A stretch of 64,000 bases of DNA, taken from the NCBI GenBank assembly GCA_002633005.1, contig NMRA01000160.1, positions 524,065 to 588,064 on the forward strand, given 5' to 3'. The notes below the pieces were generated by a model. That model was not told the origin of the DNA. It saw only the letters and a list, made by a program, of their open reading frames with translations, and searched no databases. The translations under genes were made by a program, and so were the position numbers. This document shows, in pieces, positions 12,002 through 24,652 of the stretch; position 1 is the stretch's first letter; every line of letters starts with the position of its first letter. The stretch is from Phoronis australis (taxonomy: Eukaryota > Animalia > Phoronida).

Positions 12002-13904
12002 CTGGTGGCTAGGCGTGTTTTGACATTTGCTATATGTCCGTGTCCTCCAAATTAAAACTCTCAATTCTTGATCTCACTGAGTAGAAATGGCTTGTAAGCT
12101 AAAAATGTAAGAAATGAGAACGATTTCTCAATGTACGTAACGTCACCTTGTGAAGAATCTAGATGATTCTGTCACACCAAATTAGTTCCACGTATTTTCA
12201 GCGAAGCGCATCAATAAAATGCGACGTGATGGAAACAGTCAAGCCTGTAAAGAACAAAAATGTACGATGTTACGTAGCACTCTGTTTTCAGTACGTGTTT
12301 CATTGCATATCGTCTTGTAGCTGCTTACGCCGATACCGCTTACAGTGCTAAAATGTCGTGGTTCATATCGCTTTTTGCACAAAGCACTTCTTGTATTTTC
12401 TCAAATATAAAACAAAAAATTCATCCCGAATCGGATGGTATCACCGGTGTATTTGCGTTTGTGAAGTTCGCCCGTCACTTTCTGATGCACCATCAGAAAT
12501 TCAGATATAATGCCTCGAAAAATTTAACGCATTATTCCTAGAATATCAATCGGGATTTTCCTGAAGTGCGAAAGAGTGTCGCTTTTAAAATGCTAAAAAC
12601 GTTTAGTTGGTTCTAGTCTAGTCCGTGTTGGTGCAATATTTTTTGTTTGTTACATCTTCCATTAACAAAAAACTATCTTTAGTACTGGTGGTGTCGGCCG
12701 AGTGTGGGGTGCCGACGCTTATTCTTCTGAGGCAGCGCGGGCTAAAGCCTATTGGTCAGATGACTGTGCAATCGTTGGCATACCACGTCGTTTATAAATG
12801 CTGTGTAGGGTTCGAAAAGTAAATAAGGACTTTTCTTTAACGCTGGTGGCTTTCCTAAGCAGTAAGCTCCCAGGTTTGAAAATATTTTTGCCGAAGATGC
12901 TCTTCTTAACTTAAACACTAGTAAAAACTATGCTCATGTCAATTCAAGCGCGCTAATGTTTTAAGACCGGTAGCTGACTGATTCAGCACCTTACTATTTT
13001 CACAGAGAACTGACAAGAATTTCCGTCATGGATCTTGGAAATAATAGCTTGAGAAGACATGGAATTGAACCCACCAGACCACTGGTCACGGTACCAAATA
13101 ACAATAATACTTGTAAGATAACTATTTCTGTCTCCAAATTGTTTGATATTATGGAACATTTGTATTCTTCAAACATGGAGTTTAGCTATCGGTTTTATGT
13201 CATAAATACGATGACGTTGCTGATTGCCGATCACTTACGGTGAAAGGCCAACGAGTTTCCTCGAGCATGTCGAGAAAGAGGTAGCCCTACAAGATACCCA
13301 AGACATTTCCGATATTAAAATTGCAAGACAGGAATCAAAACACAACCTGATCCTTACCCGTTTACTCCTTTTGATACACATCTCAGAGCAGCCTTCCTAG
13401 CGGAGCTCGTGAGAGACATCAACTGCAGATCGGTAAGCGCAGCAAAAGAGTATGGTCTGATTAACAGCAGCGCAATTAAGAACTATTCATTGGTAAACTA
13501 ACATCTCCAATACTTGCGTTTGGCCAGTGGCTGTTTTTTGCCCATCACCTGCACTATAGGAAATCGTTTACTGCAAAAAATCGATCGTCAAGCCATACAC
13601 GAACGATATATGCTCTCCACACTACGGTGATCATTTATTATTGATGAATTAGTTGATAGGTAATGTTTTGTAAGATTGTCACTTAATTAAATCCACATGC
13701 CTTACAGATGTTTGCCGAGCTTTTGGGAATTGACATCGTTTTTCTATTCAATTAGTCTATTAGGCAATGACGATTTCACATCAAAGTACACTAATTAAAT
13801 TTCCACTGCACGTTCCTATCACACATTCTTCTACGTGGTACATCAACCGTTACTCAATTTCCGTATTTTAAAATGGTATAATCGGCGACAAAGCTGAGTA
13901 TTTG

Positions 13905-13970
13905 AGATCAAGAAGGATTCTAACCCACGTCCTCAGCGGTCGCAGTCCGACTTTTTACTAGTACAACTAA
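13905..13970 (-). mobile_element. Degenerate tRNA-derived SINE head fragment
   Basis: The minus strand reads tagttgtactagt...gtgggttagaatcc (degenerate A and B boxes). Confidence 0.3.
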
Positions 13971-15965
13971 AAGCAAAAAAATGCGGCAAGTAACGGTAAC
14001 CGAGTGTTTTAAGAGTATTTACCTGTTAAAATCACCGGTCTCAATTTTACCTAATTCTGCCAGATGGCTGGACGCCAACGCTGGGAATCGGCGATTTTTA
14101 ATAAAATCTCAAAAATAGATAAGATTTGCTGTTTATACAGCAGTGATCAAATTAGCTGACGACTTCGATAAGTCTGTCCTACTCAAAAATAATCTTCAAA
14201 TGCGTTTTTCGGTCCTATATTCGATCGTGTTCCTCAAAATGTCCTTTGCCGAGAAAATTGTACACTGTACGCAGCCCAAAGATAGCCGGAATACGCCGCT
14301 AACCATGAATAATATTTGTATATTAATAATATTCTGTTTTCTCACGGTGTAATACTTAGACGGGCTGTAGTCACTTTTATAGTAGTTCACAACCAGTGTT
14401 ATGTAATGATATCGGTAGCCAGTTATCTAGAGACGGTTGCTCGGTACAATCTTTAGACTACGCAGGAACGTTACGGCTCCTCGGTCGCGTAAATATTTCC
14501 TCCACTAAAAATATTCAACACTTCAAGTAAAGGCTTTTTGACTGCGTGCCAGAAACATTTATGGAACTCCAATTTATTTCATAGAGACGTTAATGTTTTT
14601 AAAAATTTTTAGAACATAAAACATTCACCCTCGGTTAAAAAGTCATCTAGTTGCTCATCACGGGGACATTTCCTTCGCGATAGGTATAAGAGTTGGAGTT
14701 TCCATTTGACACATTGTGGATACAATGGAGTAATAAGTACTAATTTCTGATTTATTTCAGCATGGTCTGTTATCAATCGCCCATTTTTTCTCAAGTTCTC
14801 TTCTATAATGAAGCAAAAATTATCTACTTTCCCCGTTCTCAATTAACTGGACCTCGCTTCTCATCATATGCCCACGAACTCTGATCAGTTTTTATCCTTT
14901 AGTCTAAACATCCTCACAAACTCTACCTTCATCCAATTCTGTTCTGTTAGTAAGTTCTTGGTAAGTTCAGTCAACTTTTCTTCACCATCATTCTCTGATT
15001 TCTATTTTTCATACTCGAGTATATTCCCTCAAGTTCATTTTTAAAACTACTTACAAATTTGTATTGTTGTTATTTAAAATATTTACACTCTTTAATACAG
15101 GCATTTATAATTAGTTTTAAGTTTGTTGCATATTTTTTGCCTTCAAAATATTGACGCGTGATCGTCATTCGCAAGCGAACTTTCTTCTCAAGCGTTCTTG
15201 ATTTCCCTCATGACGCATTGATTAAGATCATCTTTTCTGGTTTTTCGCTTAAGACAATGGACAGGCTCCACTGTTCTCACAGTGCACTCCATAAGCATAG
15301 GCAGATTTAGGGGGGGGCCTTGGCTGCCGCAAAAATATAAAACAGCAAGATCGTAAGGAAATGTTGAGTTTATTAATTAACCCCGGTAATTAAAATTATA
15401 CGGATGAAACAAGATTTAAATGTGTTCAGTTTTAGTGTTTGGGGGGATCCAATTTCAAGAGTCAAATTCTGAACACGGCGCATTCGTAACGGAACTATGG
15501 CTAAGTATAGGCCCTCCCGCGATATCCCAGGCGACCGGCAAAAGCGCTGCGCACTACGACTCCGTTTCCGTCGTCTGCTCCACTGTGCAATGAAGAACAT
15601 TTACTTCATTTTTTAAAGAATTTTAAAAAATGGAACCTGAGTGAGTGACGATGAAAAAACAGAAGCTGCTGGTAAGATGTGAATTTTAATCAAAGCCTTA
15701 GTGAATCACTCAGAAACTCATAATTCTCTCTTTGTCAAACCTCAACTTACGACGATTTCTAAAGCAATCCCGTCATTATTGCCAACACGAAAAACGGATT
15801 TGGTCTTTTGGGGATTTGAAGACTATTTTAAATACAACAAATTGGTTAAGAACCGATTGCATAAAATATAAAATGTATAATAGGCATTACAAAAAGAAGT
15901 AGGTTTCGCGCGCAAACGCTGTGGACCATAAACAAGTAGGTATCTTAGTATATGATGAGTAGTTA

Positions 15966-16030
15966 AATAGTGGTGTAGTGGTAAAGCACGCACGTTCTAT
16001 CCGCCATGTCGTGAGTTCGAGTCTGCGATA
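15966..16030 (+). mobile_element. tRNA-derived SINE head fragment
   Basis: A-box-like TGGTGTAGTGG (15971-15981) and B-box-like GAGTTCGAGTC (16013-16023) at tRNA spacing, with no intact cloverleaf. Confidence 0.5.
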
Positions 16031-18330
16031 TGTGCAGTTTTTCCTGTTTGACACGTTCTCAGTTTTTTGTTTTTTCTTTGCCTTTTTTTCTTGGATAATA
16101 CTTCAGGAATCAAGGAAAATGTTTGATTGTTAGAGAGGAAAAACAGAAAAATTTCCTGGGCGAGAGGGGGCAAACCACCCCTCCCGACCTCCCCCCATTC
16201 GGTGCTATGCGCATCTACAATCGTGGTTTGTGCAAATGCTTACAGCCGGACAAAATGTTGGCCCCCCCTCCTTGTGATATCCTAGATCCGTCACTGATTA
16301 GGTCTAGTTTTGAAGCAGCACTTCACCCTTTTTTAGCAGTCAATGTTGAATTCTTAACTGAAGTGTTTTGGGTTTTGAAAATATTATCACCTGGCCCTCG
16401 TCAGTCAGATCTTGGAACTATTGCCGACTCGTTATAATAAAGGCCAGATGCGGGATAAGCCTATGAACGGTCACGAACGCACAGCTGCCATAAGTTCACA
16501 GCAGTACTGACGCAACGATTTCCAGCTAGCGTGCCTTCTACCCTCAATGACTACTACCTTCCTGTGTAGGCCTACGTGCAGTGAATGGGCTCCGTTCCGT
16601 AGAATCGAAACATGATTATCCACTTGCAGCAAGAAAGTTTCGCTATGAAACTAAAATAAGCTGGGAATTCTGTCTCATAATTTGTCCCATGACTCAAAAT
16701 TCTGTAGAATTCAACTGAAAGCGCTAATGATTTCTCAATTACTATACTCGTTGACACTCGGCGCCTTACGCTCGCGTGATTTTGCTTGATCCTAGTTCGT
16801 GAACCTCGCTGGTTCCCTGCGTGTCCGGGGGTAGAGGACGCGCAGCCGGGTATCAGAGACCGTAGAGGGACAAACCACGGAGCGAAATTCCATTGGACGG
16901 CCACTGACTGTTGTTTCATGGTCTGTAGAGATGTCTAGCGGGCGTGCGTGCAGGCAAACCAATATGGCAAGATACGACGGCTCCAGTCGGTAAAAACGCA
17001 ATGGTGCTTTTTGCGATGCCTGCGGCTACAGCAAAAGCCGGAATTGAAAATTCATGACTGATTGCTTCCCCACTGATCACGATAGATGATGTTCATGATT
17101 GAAATAAAGAATGTTGATGTCTTTGCAGGTATTCCGCAGCACATGTTTTATAACTGATTGGTATCAGTTGAGCTTGGCAGTCATTGGTTAGCGTTAAGGA
17201 AAAAAAATCGCTGACTGGGAACGGTTTTTAGCCTTGTCAACATCTTTGCGAACCAAGTTTTCTGCCTAATGCAAATATTTCGTTTCTGCAGTAATGTCAG
17301 CCGCGTGGCCGATTCAACCGGTATGTTATTCATACTGTGTGCATCAATACAGGGCAGCAACGCAAACAAAGTCAGCAACAGTAGAAAAATGCACGCCGAA
17401 AAGGCACACTTATTTCAATGTTGCGATGTCCATGGTCTGTAGGCGGTGCACCACACTGGGGGCTATAGCACCCTTTTTTCAGTGCTGCGCCGCCCACGTC
17501 GATAGGGTTAAACAGGACTCTAGTGTCTGCATAAGGATAGGCAGCGTTCACATGTTACGTCATCCAAAATTTGCCTCTTTTACACCCGTTCTTTCCCTGT
17601 TCACAAAATTACCCCTTTGATCAACGTCGAATTACGTCATCACAGCCACCCCCCTTGTTTAGGCAGTCACGTAGTGGGTCTGTAGTTTTCGTACATCGTG
17701 TTTACTAAGGCAAGCCTAGTGAAATGTGATCAAATTTTGGAAATGGCACGGGTCCCCGTTTTGGAACTAGAAATTTCCCTGGGCGAACCAGGTTCCCGAC
17801 GATATGTACTGTGATGCAGATATTCTAATAAACTAGGAGTCCAATCCCCTAACCCTTCGTCGGCTTTTCGAAACCCCGTCTTCCCCTCGAGCGACGACGT
17901 AATAGGTGAACACTGAATTACATACGTCACACATGAGAGAAAAGCGGCATATTTATATTTTGAATCTCCAGAAACACTACTAGGCCTATCTGAAAGGAGA
18001 TCTGTGTAACAGTGCCTTGAGTAACGAGGACCGAAAAAAAAAAACGCGTACCACTTTGCCCATAGGGTCACAACCATCTCCAATACAAAATCTTCAGTAT
18101 ATGTGTGCAACACGAAACTGAAAACCCCCATCAAGTCCAGCACATACTCTCAAGTTGACATCCCACAGCTTTCCACAGATGAAAGAAACTTGCGAACACC
18201 CAAGTCTCCCGGAGACATTTGGGATTGCATTGGAAGCAAAGCACGTGACCACACTAGCTTTACTCGCCAGTGTCCTGCATCGAGGGGAGGCAAATTAAGT
18301 GAAAAGAAAGGTTGAGGTGTACAGTAAAGG

Positions 18331-18336
18331 TTTATT
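18331..18336 (-). terminator. Probable tropomyosin polyadenylation signal (AATAAA), giving a ~1.07 kb 3' UTR after exon 9C
   Basis: tttatt on the + strand, followed on the minus strand by a U/C-rich tract (cctttcttttc). Confidence 0.6.
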
Positions 18337-19406
18337 TGGTTAAAACAAACACAGGCATCATATTCAATGTATCAAGCTCAAAGATAATGAAGAAAATTTG
18401 CAAGTTCGCCGCTGATCTTCTACCAGACAGAACTTATGGAAGGAGGCAAAGGCCATCTCTGATGAATTAAATACATAAAACCATCTACAATTAAACACGC
18501 ATACGCTACATTCTGTCCGGCCATCACCATTATAAAATGTAACGCCAAAACATTGCATACACCACCACGTGGAAACTATGTTGTCCATACAAAAGCTTAC
18601 TATAAGAACATATACAAAGACATGTTGTTAATGTACATTTCTTTCACAATACAAGTTATATAAGTTCTGTGCTCATTCCGAGCAGCAGTTGACTATTTGT
18701 TCTGCTAACTTCTAGAATCATGACCCAACTAGTTCCAGCCACTACATTTCCGGTGAAGTGTACTACAAAGGTCACTTATGATCGACATGTTTGCCTGTAT
18801 AAGTGTGTGTGTGTGTGCACGCAAAGGCCTTCATTGAAGGAAGTCTTATCCTACTCAGTTCTACCGGCAATTCAAATTGAAATGATCCTGTTGATCCTTA
18901 CATTTACACAATACGACTTTCAACGTGACCCCCTGTGCCATCGCTGAACGGTGTTGCAGTGCTGAGTAAGCGGTGTTGAAATGCCCAAAAAGAACCCATC
19001 ACCAAGTCCCAGGAAGCAGGCAGCCAGAGGGGAGCTGGGGGTCAGTGATGAGTTCCTCACAAACCATAGCACTGCAGCAGCGTTCACCCAGACGGCTGAC
19101 GGGCTCCAAGTGAACGTGACGAATGATGAAGGCTACACTTTCGAAATGCTTCAGTTGAGTCCAAGTAAAGCAGTCCCACTGTTCTGCTAGTATTCAAGTT
19201 CACTTGTTCGATTGGTAGGAGTCTTGTAAAATTTTAACAACGCCGTTTTGACATAAGTAGATAACCACGGTATGAAGGAGTCCACCGAAACCTTGGCGAG
19301 AGATAAACTGTGGTCGCAGTGTATTACAAAGCTGATGAGAGAAAGCTACTTTCTAAGGCTAGCCAGAAATTATGTAAGCGCATTGTACAATTCACAGTCG
19401 TTCTTC

Positions 19407-19489
19407 CTACATTGCCACCAGATCTGACAACGTTTGGTCCAACTCTGTACTAACGTCCTTGTACCTCTCCTGTTCAACACTCAGCTCAC
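19407..19489 (-). CDS. Tpm: Tropomyosin exon 9 variant C, muscle-like terminal exon (GELSVEQERYKDVSTELDQTLSDLVAM*)
   Basis: Phase-1 acceptor cccattgtAG, 83 nt to TAG, ERYK--S-ELDQT motif of invertebrate muscle tropomyosin. Confidence 0.93.
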
Positions 19490-20313
19490 CTACAATGGGA
19501 CAAGAGTTGCAAATGAACCAGTACACCAGGCACAGTGAAGCATCGAGACAAAGCCATAAGGACACTAGGGGAAAAAACATTTACTAACATGTTAGTAATC
19601 CAGTACATGCTTGAAATGATTTGCTTTAGTTTATCAACTGTTTGTTGTGTAGTGAACAATAATCGCACACTTCATCAAAGACATTGGAACTGGTCTGAGG
19701 GTGGGTGAGTAAAAACTTCCTCGTACACAATAAAAAAACAACGCATCAATGCAGGTTAAACTATTAGTACAACTCAAATGCTAATAAAGTAAGCCAGTGC
19801 AGTGCTAGATTTACACGAGGAGAGACACACGAAACCAAAATCAACAACAGCCAAACGTGACGGGTAGCAGGAGGGACATTCTTCCTCCCTCACGCACCGC
19901 GTTCTTGTGAACAGTGGTCTTCCTCTCTTCAAACCTGCAGTTCTGTTCTCATTCACTGCAATTCTGTTCTTACGAACACATGTCTGTCATTATCATAATG
20001 CCAAACATATTCCCAGTTTCATTACACGGGACCATTGGATACATCGTACCAAGCACGTTCTACCTAATGTCAAGCACATGCCTCGGTCAACCAAAAATAG
20101 GGGTTCATAAGAAAGTGAATGTGTGCGCAAGAACTAAATTGACATACGTAACAAAAACTTACAGCTTGTGAGAACAGAACTGCACTCGAAAGACGTTGCT
20201 CACGAGAATGATTGCGATTCATAAGGGCGGAAGATTGTCTATCCTGGGTAGGCAACTAAACAAGGAAATATTGTAGAAAAGATCTCGTAACTTACAGCCG
20301 CACAATAAACTCA

Positions 20314-20396
20314 TCACATATCACCCAGTTCCCTACACATGTCTTCGAATTGCTCCTGATATTTTGCCCCCTTGGCTTTTTCATCTTGTTTCTCCG
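20314..20396 (-). CDS. Tpm: Tropomyosin exon 9 variant B (AEKQDEKAKGAKYQEQFEDMCRELGDM*)
   Basis: Phase-1 acceptor cttttgcAG, exactly 83 nt to TGA, aligns without gaps to variants A and C (EL-D terminus). Confidence 0.85.
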
Positions 20397-21800
20397 CTGC
20401 AAAAGCCAGGTAATCTAACAACATGCGATCACGAGAAAACAGACAGGTGGCAGAGATCACCTTGTGACAACAGGTAGTACTGGACCACAGCAGCAGTCAA
20501 GGTCACTAGACAAACAGTCTAAAACCATTGACAGTCGGTCAAGTATGTAACCCTTGTCCAGTCATGACGGGGGGCATTCAATCAACCGAACCTCGCCTTC
20601 TGATAATTGTGTGTGTCTAGCGAATACCGATAGAGGAGCTATTGTGCCGAAAATGTAGAACGATGTCTAGCAAGGGAGACTACTGCAATCAAGGAAGCGC
20701 GCGTGTGTATGCATGTGTGTATGTGTTCAAGCGTGTGTGGTTTTGTGCGAGCATATTTTTCTCAATTTTGCAGTTGTTAGTGAGACACACTGTGAGTGTT
20801 CAGAGTGGGACTTCGAAAGCATAGTTAACTAGTCGAACAGTCAACTACCACATTTACTACTACTACTACTTCTACTACAGTGGACCTTCACCCCAGATGG
20901 TTGGAGGAGAGCGCAGGCCGTTGCCTGGCAATTGCATTACAGCAAGGGCTGGTGTTCCAACTGGCAAATGCTCGGCATTCGTAAAGAATATAGACAGTGA
21001 TGACAAAGCAACCCAGAGGAGAGTCAACAACCGAACGTCATCCACACAAATCACGTGTTTGTGTGTATGCACAACATGGGAACCTCCAACACAGGCACCA
21101 AACAGCTCGGTCATTTTCGCTCTATCTTGATACTACACTAAACAGAATGCTCGCAACCAAAGAACCTCTTGCATTCAACAGAGAAGCCAAATTCCGTTGT
21201 CTACAGTACAGTAGAGTCTTAACCACTTTCTACAATTGTCGAAACTTCCCACATCAAAGTTTTACAACGATGACAAGACAGATGGAAATGAATCTCAGAT
21301 TCACTTCGTTACCGACAACACAAGAGAGGTTGAAAAGGAACACATCACATAGCGGGGAATACGAAAAGCAATTATAAAGAAAAATGTTACCCAGCAACAG
21401 AGTGACACTGGAAAGGGAGGAATGTTCAACCATAGATTATGCCGATAAAAATTCTAAACTTCGAAAAATCACTTTCACCTTCCGATTTTTCCACGAGTTT
21501 CTACTTAGTCCGCAAGCAGTGCACTTTAGCTTCGCACAAATGGGTAATTGAATTTTACATCAACGTGACGAGAATAGGTGCATGAGGAACACCTGACTCA
21601 CGAAACAAAGTTAAGTGGCGTCACATACATTTGAGGAAAGGTCGAGGACACAAGCCTCGATTTTGGAAGGCGACAGCAAAGCTGCCACTTCATTGCGGTC
21701 TATGGTTAAACTGAGAGAAAAGTCAAGTGTTTTGTACTGTTGTGAGCTTTTACACTCTCTAATCCAGTGTGTGTGGTTATGTAGCGGGCCTCTTACTAAG

Positions 21801-21883
21801 CTAGACGTCGTTGAGTTCACCGAGGGCCATATCCATTTCTGCCTTGACTTGAAGAGCATACTCTTTCTCTTTCACCACTTCGT
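21801..21883 (-). CDS. Tpm: Tropomyosin exon 9 variant A (DEVVKEKEYALQVKAEMDMALGELNDV*)
   Basis: Phase-1 acceptor gatttcAG, 83 nt to TAG, 27 aa completing a 284-aa protein. The ELNDV end resembles cytoskeletal isoform termini. Confidence 0.9.
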
Positions 21884-23492
21884 CTGAAATCATGCCACCA
21901 CGCTCAAGGTAGATGCATGCCTCCTGTCACAACTGTGGACAGACTCTGGCCAGATGGCTATGTGACCACCAGTGCTACTGCAACGCTGTTGCCAACGGTG
22001 AAAGATGACCAATGTTCCAATACATAACGCCAAAGGGTTTATATTCACAGGCTTAGACTAATAGAATAGACAATCCTGCTCAATGTGTAGGTAAATGAAA
22101 AACTACAAACTGCCTCAGTATGAAGAGATCTCTTAGCATAGCTCATTGGTCATTTTACTTGAATACAACTGGTTCTCTGTTTAAGATTATGTCAAACCCT
22201 AGAAAAATAACCAAATCTGGCTAACTTAAGAAAACCATATCTCAGAAATAGCCAATCAGATTCATTTGGAACATTCAGATATTATGCTTTATGCACTGTA
22301 GTTCTAAAAATGTCTGTATGGCCGCATAAACATCCAATCAGATGGCTGTATTTTCAGAACACATCCAATCACATGATTGTCTTTTAGACAGAAATTTAAA
22401 AAAATGTCTTTCTGTACATTTAAACATCAAGGTAACTAAAGAAAGAGACAGCTGAGGTCAGAGTACAAATTCTTACAGAGATGAGCTTGACTTAACATTC
22501 ACCACCTTAACACAAAGGTCACCGGGTCGCTAGCACAGTTGGCACGTCAGCGTGATTCAGTCAAAACTGATGGTCACTCACCTGGCTGGAGTCTGGCCAA
22601 TTGGCACATCCAGTAATGGATGAACCAAACAAACTCACTAATTAACTTCACAATGCAACTGAACCAATATTATAAGAAATTAAACATATCTGCTGTTATT
22701 CTTAAGTAAACATGCCATGAACCTTGGTTCTCAGGATCACACAGGCACAACGCCATCTAATGTCCGTTTTAGGTGAAAGGCAAAAATCAACTACCAAATG
22801 TCTACAATAAGGAATGCCATGCCGTTAAATCACTGAACTCTTAATGGTGAAGGGACCATATGCACAAGAAGCAAATGGTGAACTGGTTCGAGTCAAAACT
22901 TGTTGCTGCATGCGGACTATGGTTATGCCAGCTATCGACTTTAGAGTGGATTTCAAAAACAGCAGTCTTTATTCGGCAAACTGGTAACAGGCATTGTACA
23001 ACTTTCCTAGTTAAAGCCACATACGAGCAGTAATTGGGTCACGAGTTCAAGTCAGAAAGAGCTAAGTACATATGCTGATCTTTCAGTGGAAAAAGAAACA
23101 TAATTTGTGACACAACATCAAGTGAAAAATTATACTTTCTCCTACAATACTTCGCTGAAACCAGCATGAGTGAGGAAAGAAACCAAAATCATTGGTGTCA
23201 AAAGGCCAACAGTTGTGAACTACAAAGCTCGTGGCCATGAAAAAATTCCACTTGACTAAACATGTATTCTTATGAAACTAGGAATGCCGACTCAACACAC
23301 TTGTAAACTATAAAGGTTTTTTATGTACATGGTCTCAAGGCACAGTATGTGACTTTAACAGAATGAGGCATTCACTCAGGACAATATTTACAATGAGCAA
23401 CTTTAAAGTCGACATGAACTGCCAAACATCAACTGTCATTATAAAGGTGCCTCGAGAGAACGTAACCCCATTTGACCAGCATGCAACAGTAC

Positions 23493-23562
23493 CTTCAAGC
23501 CTGTCCACCTCCTTCTGCAGTTTCTGTGACTGTCTCTCGCCTTCTTGAGCGCGAGACTCAGC
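23493..23562 (-). CDS. Tpm: Tropomyosin exon 8 (AESRAQEGERQSQKLQKEVDRLE)
   Basis: 70 nt, phase 0/1, tgtttcAG acceptor, donor G|GTACTG, KLQKEVDRLE motif. Confidence 0.97.
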
Positions 23563-24589
23563 CTGAAACAAACGGTGAAACAAGGTTAGACAATCATACA
23601 ATAAGACTTGAGTTCACAGTCGTACACCCACATTAAGCTCAAACATTCTCAACAAGCAATTCAATTGCTCGAGAACACCAAACTGTACTCCAGATTCCAC
23701 TAAAAAACAGACTAATACCATCACATCGAATCTGAAAGTTTTCCTTAAGTATGCTCCTACGAGATTGGTCAATTTTCGAGTCGAGCCTCAAATACCGTGT
23801 GAGCCCAAGTCTTCATAAGAATCAACTCATAACAGGGTCAGCTGACAAGTGCTCAAGAAATGAACAGAGCGCATAGAGACCAGTCTCTTTATAAGACAAC
23901 AATACCAAATCAACATTCATAACCAGCTCCTGGACTCCAGGATATGAACCTGTCAGAAACATTTCACAAGAACGACAACAAACTAAAATAAAAGTGCATG
24001 TGAAATCACACAACAGTACGATAAACCCTGTTGTAATGACAAGCTCAAAGGTGGCACTAATGGAACAATTCTACTTTTAAAATAAATGCATGTGTCCAGT
24101 TAGTCGTGCGAGACCTTATCCACAACGAGCCCAAGCAGTGTCACAGCTTTTTCTCAATTAGCACAGCTTAATGAACGCAGACAAAATGACCTGCAACGAC
24201 TGGATGCAAGTTGAATTCAGGTTATAGTCACTTACAGGGGTTCGGCATTTTGAGAACCTCTACAGAACAAAGAGTGTCAAACTTCTTCTCAAAATCCAGG
24301 ATTCCCACAAGTTACTATTGACAAATTCTACACGGTAGCCATCCGCCACGACAAGGAATTTACAGAAAAGTTGGAAACACTAACCTATATTGCTTATAAT
24401 GTTGCCAAGATTTATATGGTCAAGGACTTTTCAAGGACATTTGCAGGTAGTTCATGGCATACTCAATGCAAATTCAAGACCACTAAAGTTAAAGTTTGTG
24501 TACATTAACCCAAAACACTGGAAAGTCTTTAAGAACTGCGCACCCTCCACAAGAAGCCTGAGGTGCCCAGTCTACGGACGATACCTTAC

Positions 24590-24652
24590 CTCCTTCAGTC
24601 TAGCAGTCAAGTCACGAATAGCTATCTCAAAAGTATCTTCTCTTTGGTTGGA
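24590..24652 (-). CDS. Tpm: Tropomyosin exon 7 (SNQREDTFEIAIRDLTARLKE)
   Basis: 63 nt, phase 0/0, ttttccAG acceptor, donor GAG|GTAAGG. Confidence 0.96.

Noticed and set aside
15966-16030. Possible tRNA gene
   Set aside because: A and B boxes are present but the acceptor and anticodon stems do not pair, so it is treated as a SINE fragment.
20850-20880. Run of stop codons (TAG TAG AAG TAG TAG TAG TAG TAA) ending a 79-aa ORF
   Set aside because: This is a (TAG)n microsatellite, and the ORF has no coding features.
22575-22600. Consensus donor CAG|GTGAGT between exons 8 and 9A, a possible microexon
   Set aside because: I found no good acceptor giving a frame-preserving phase 1/1 exon.
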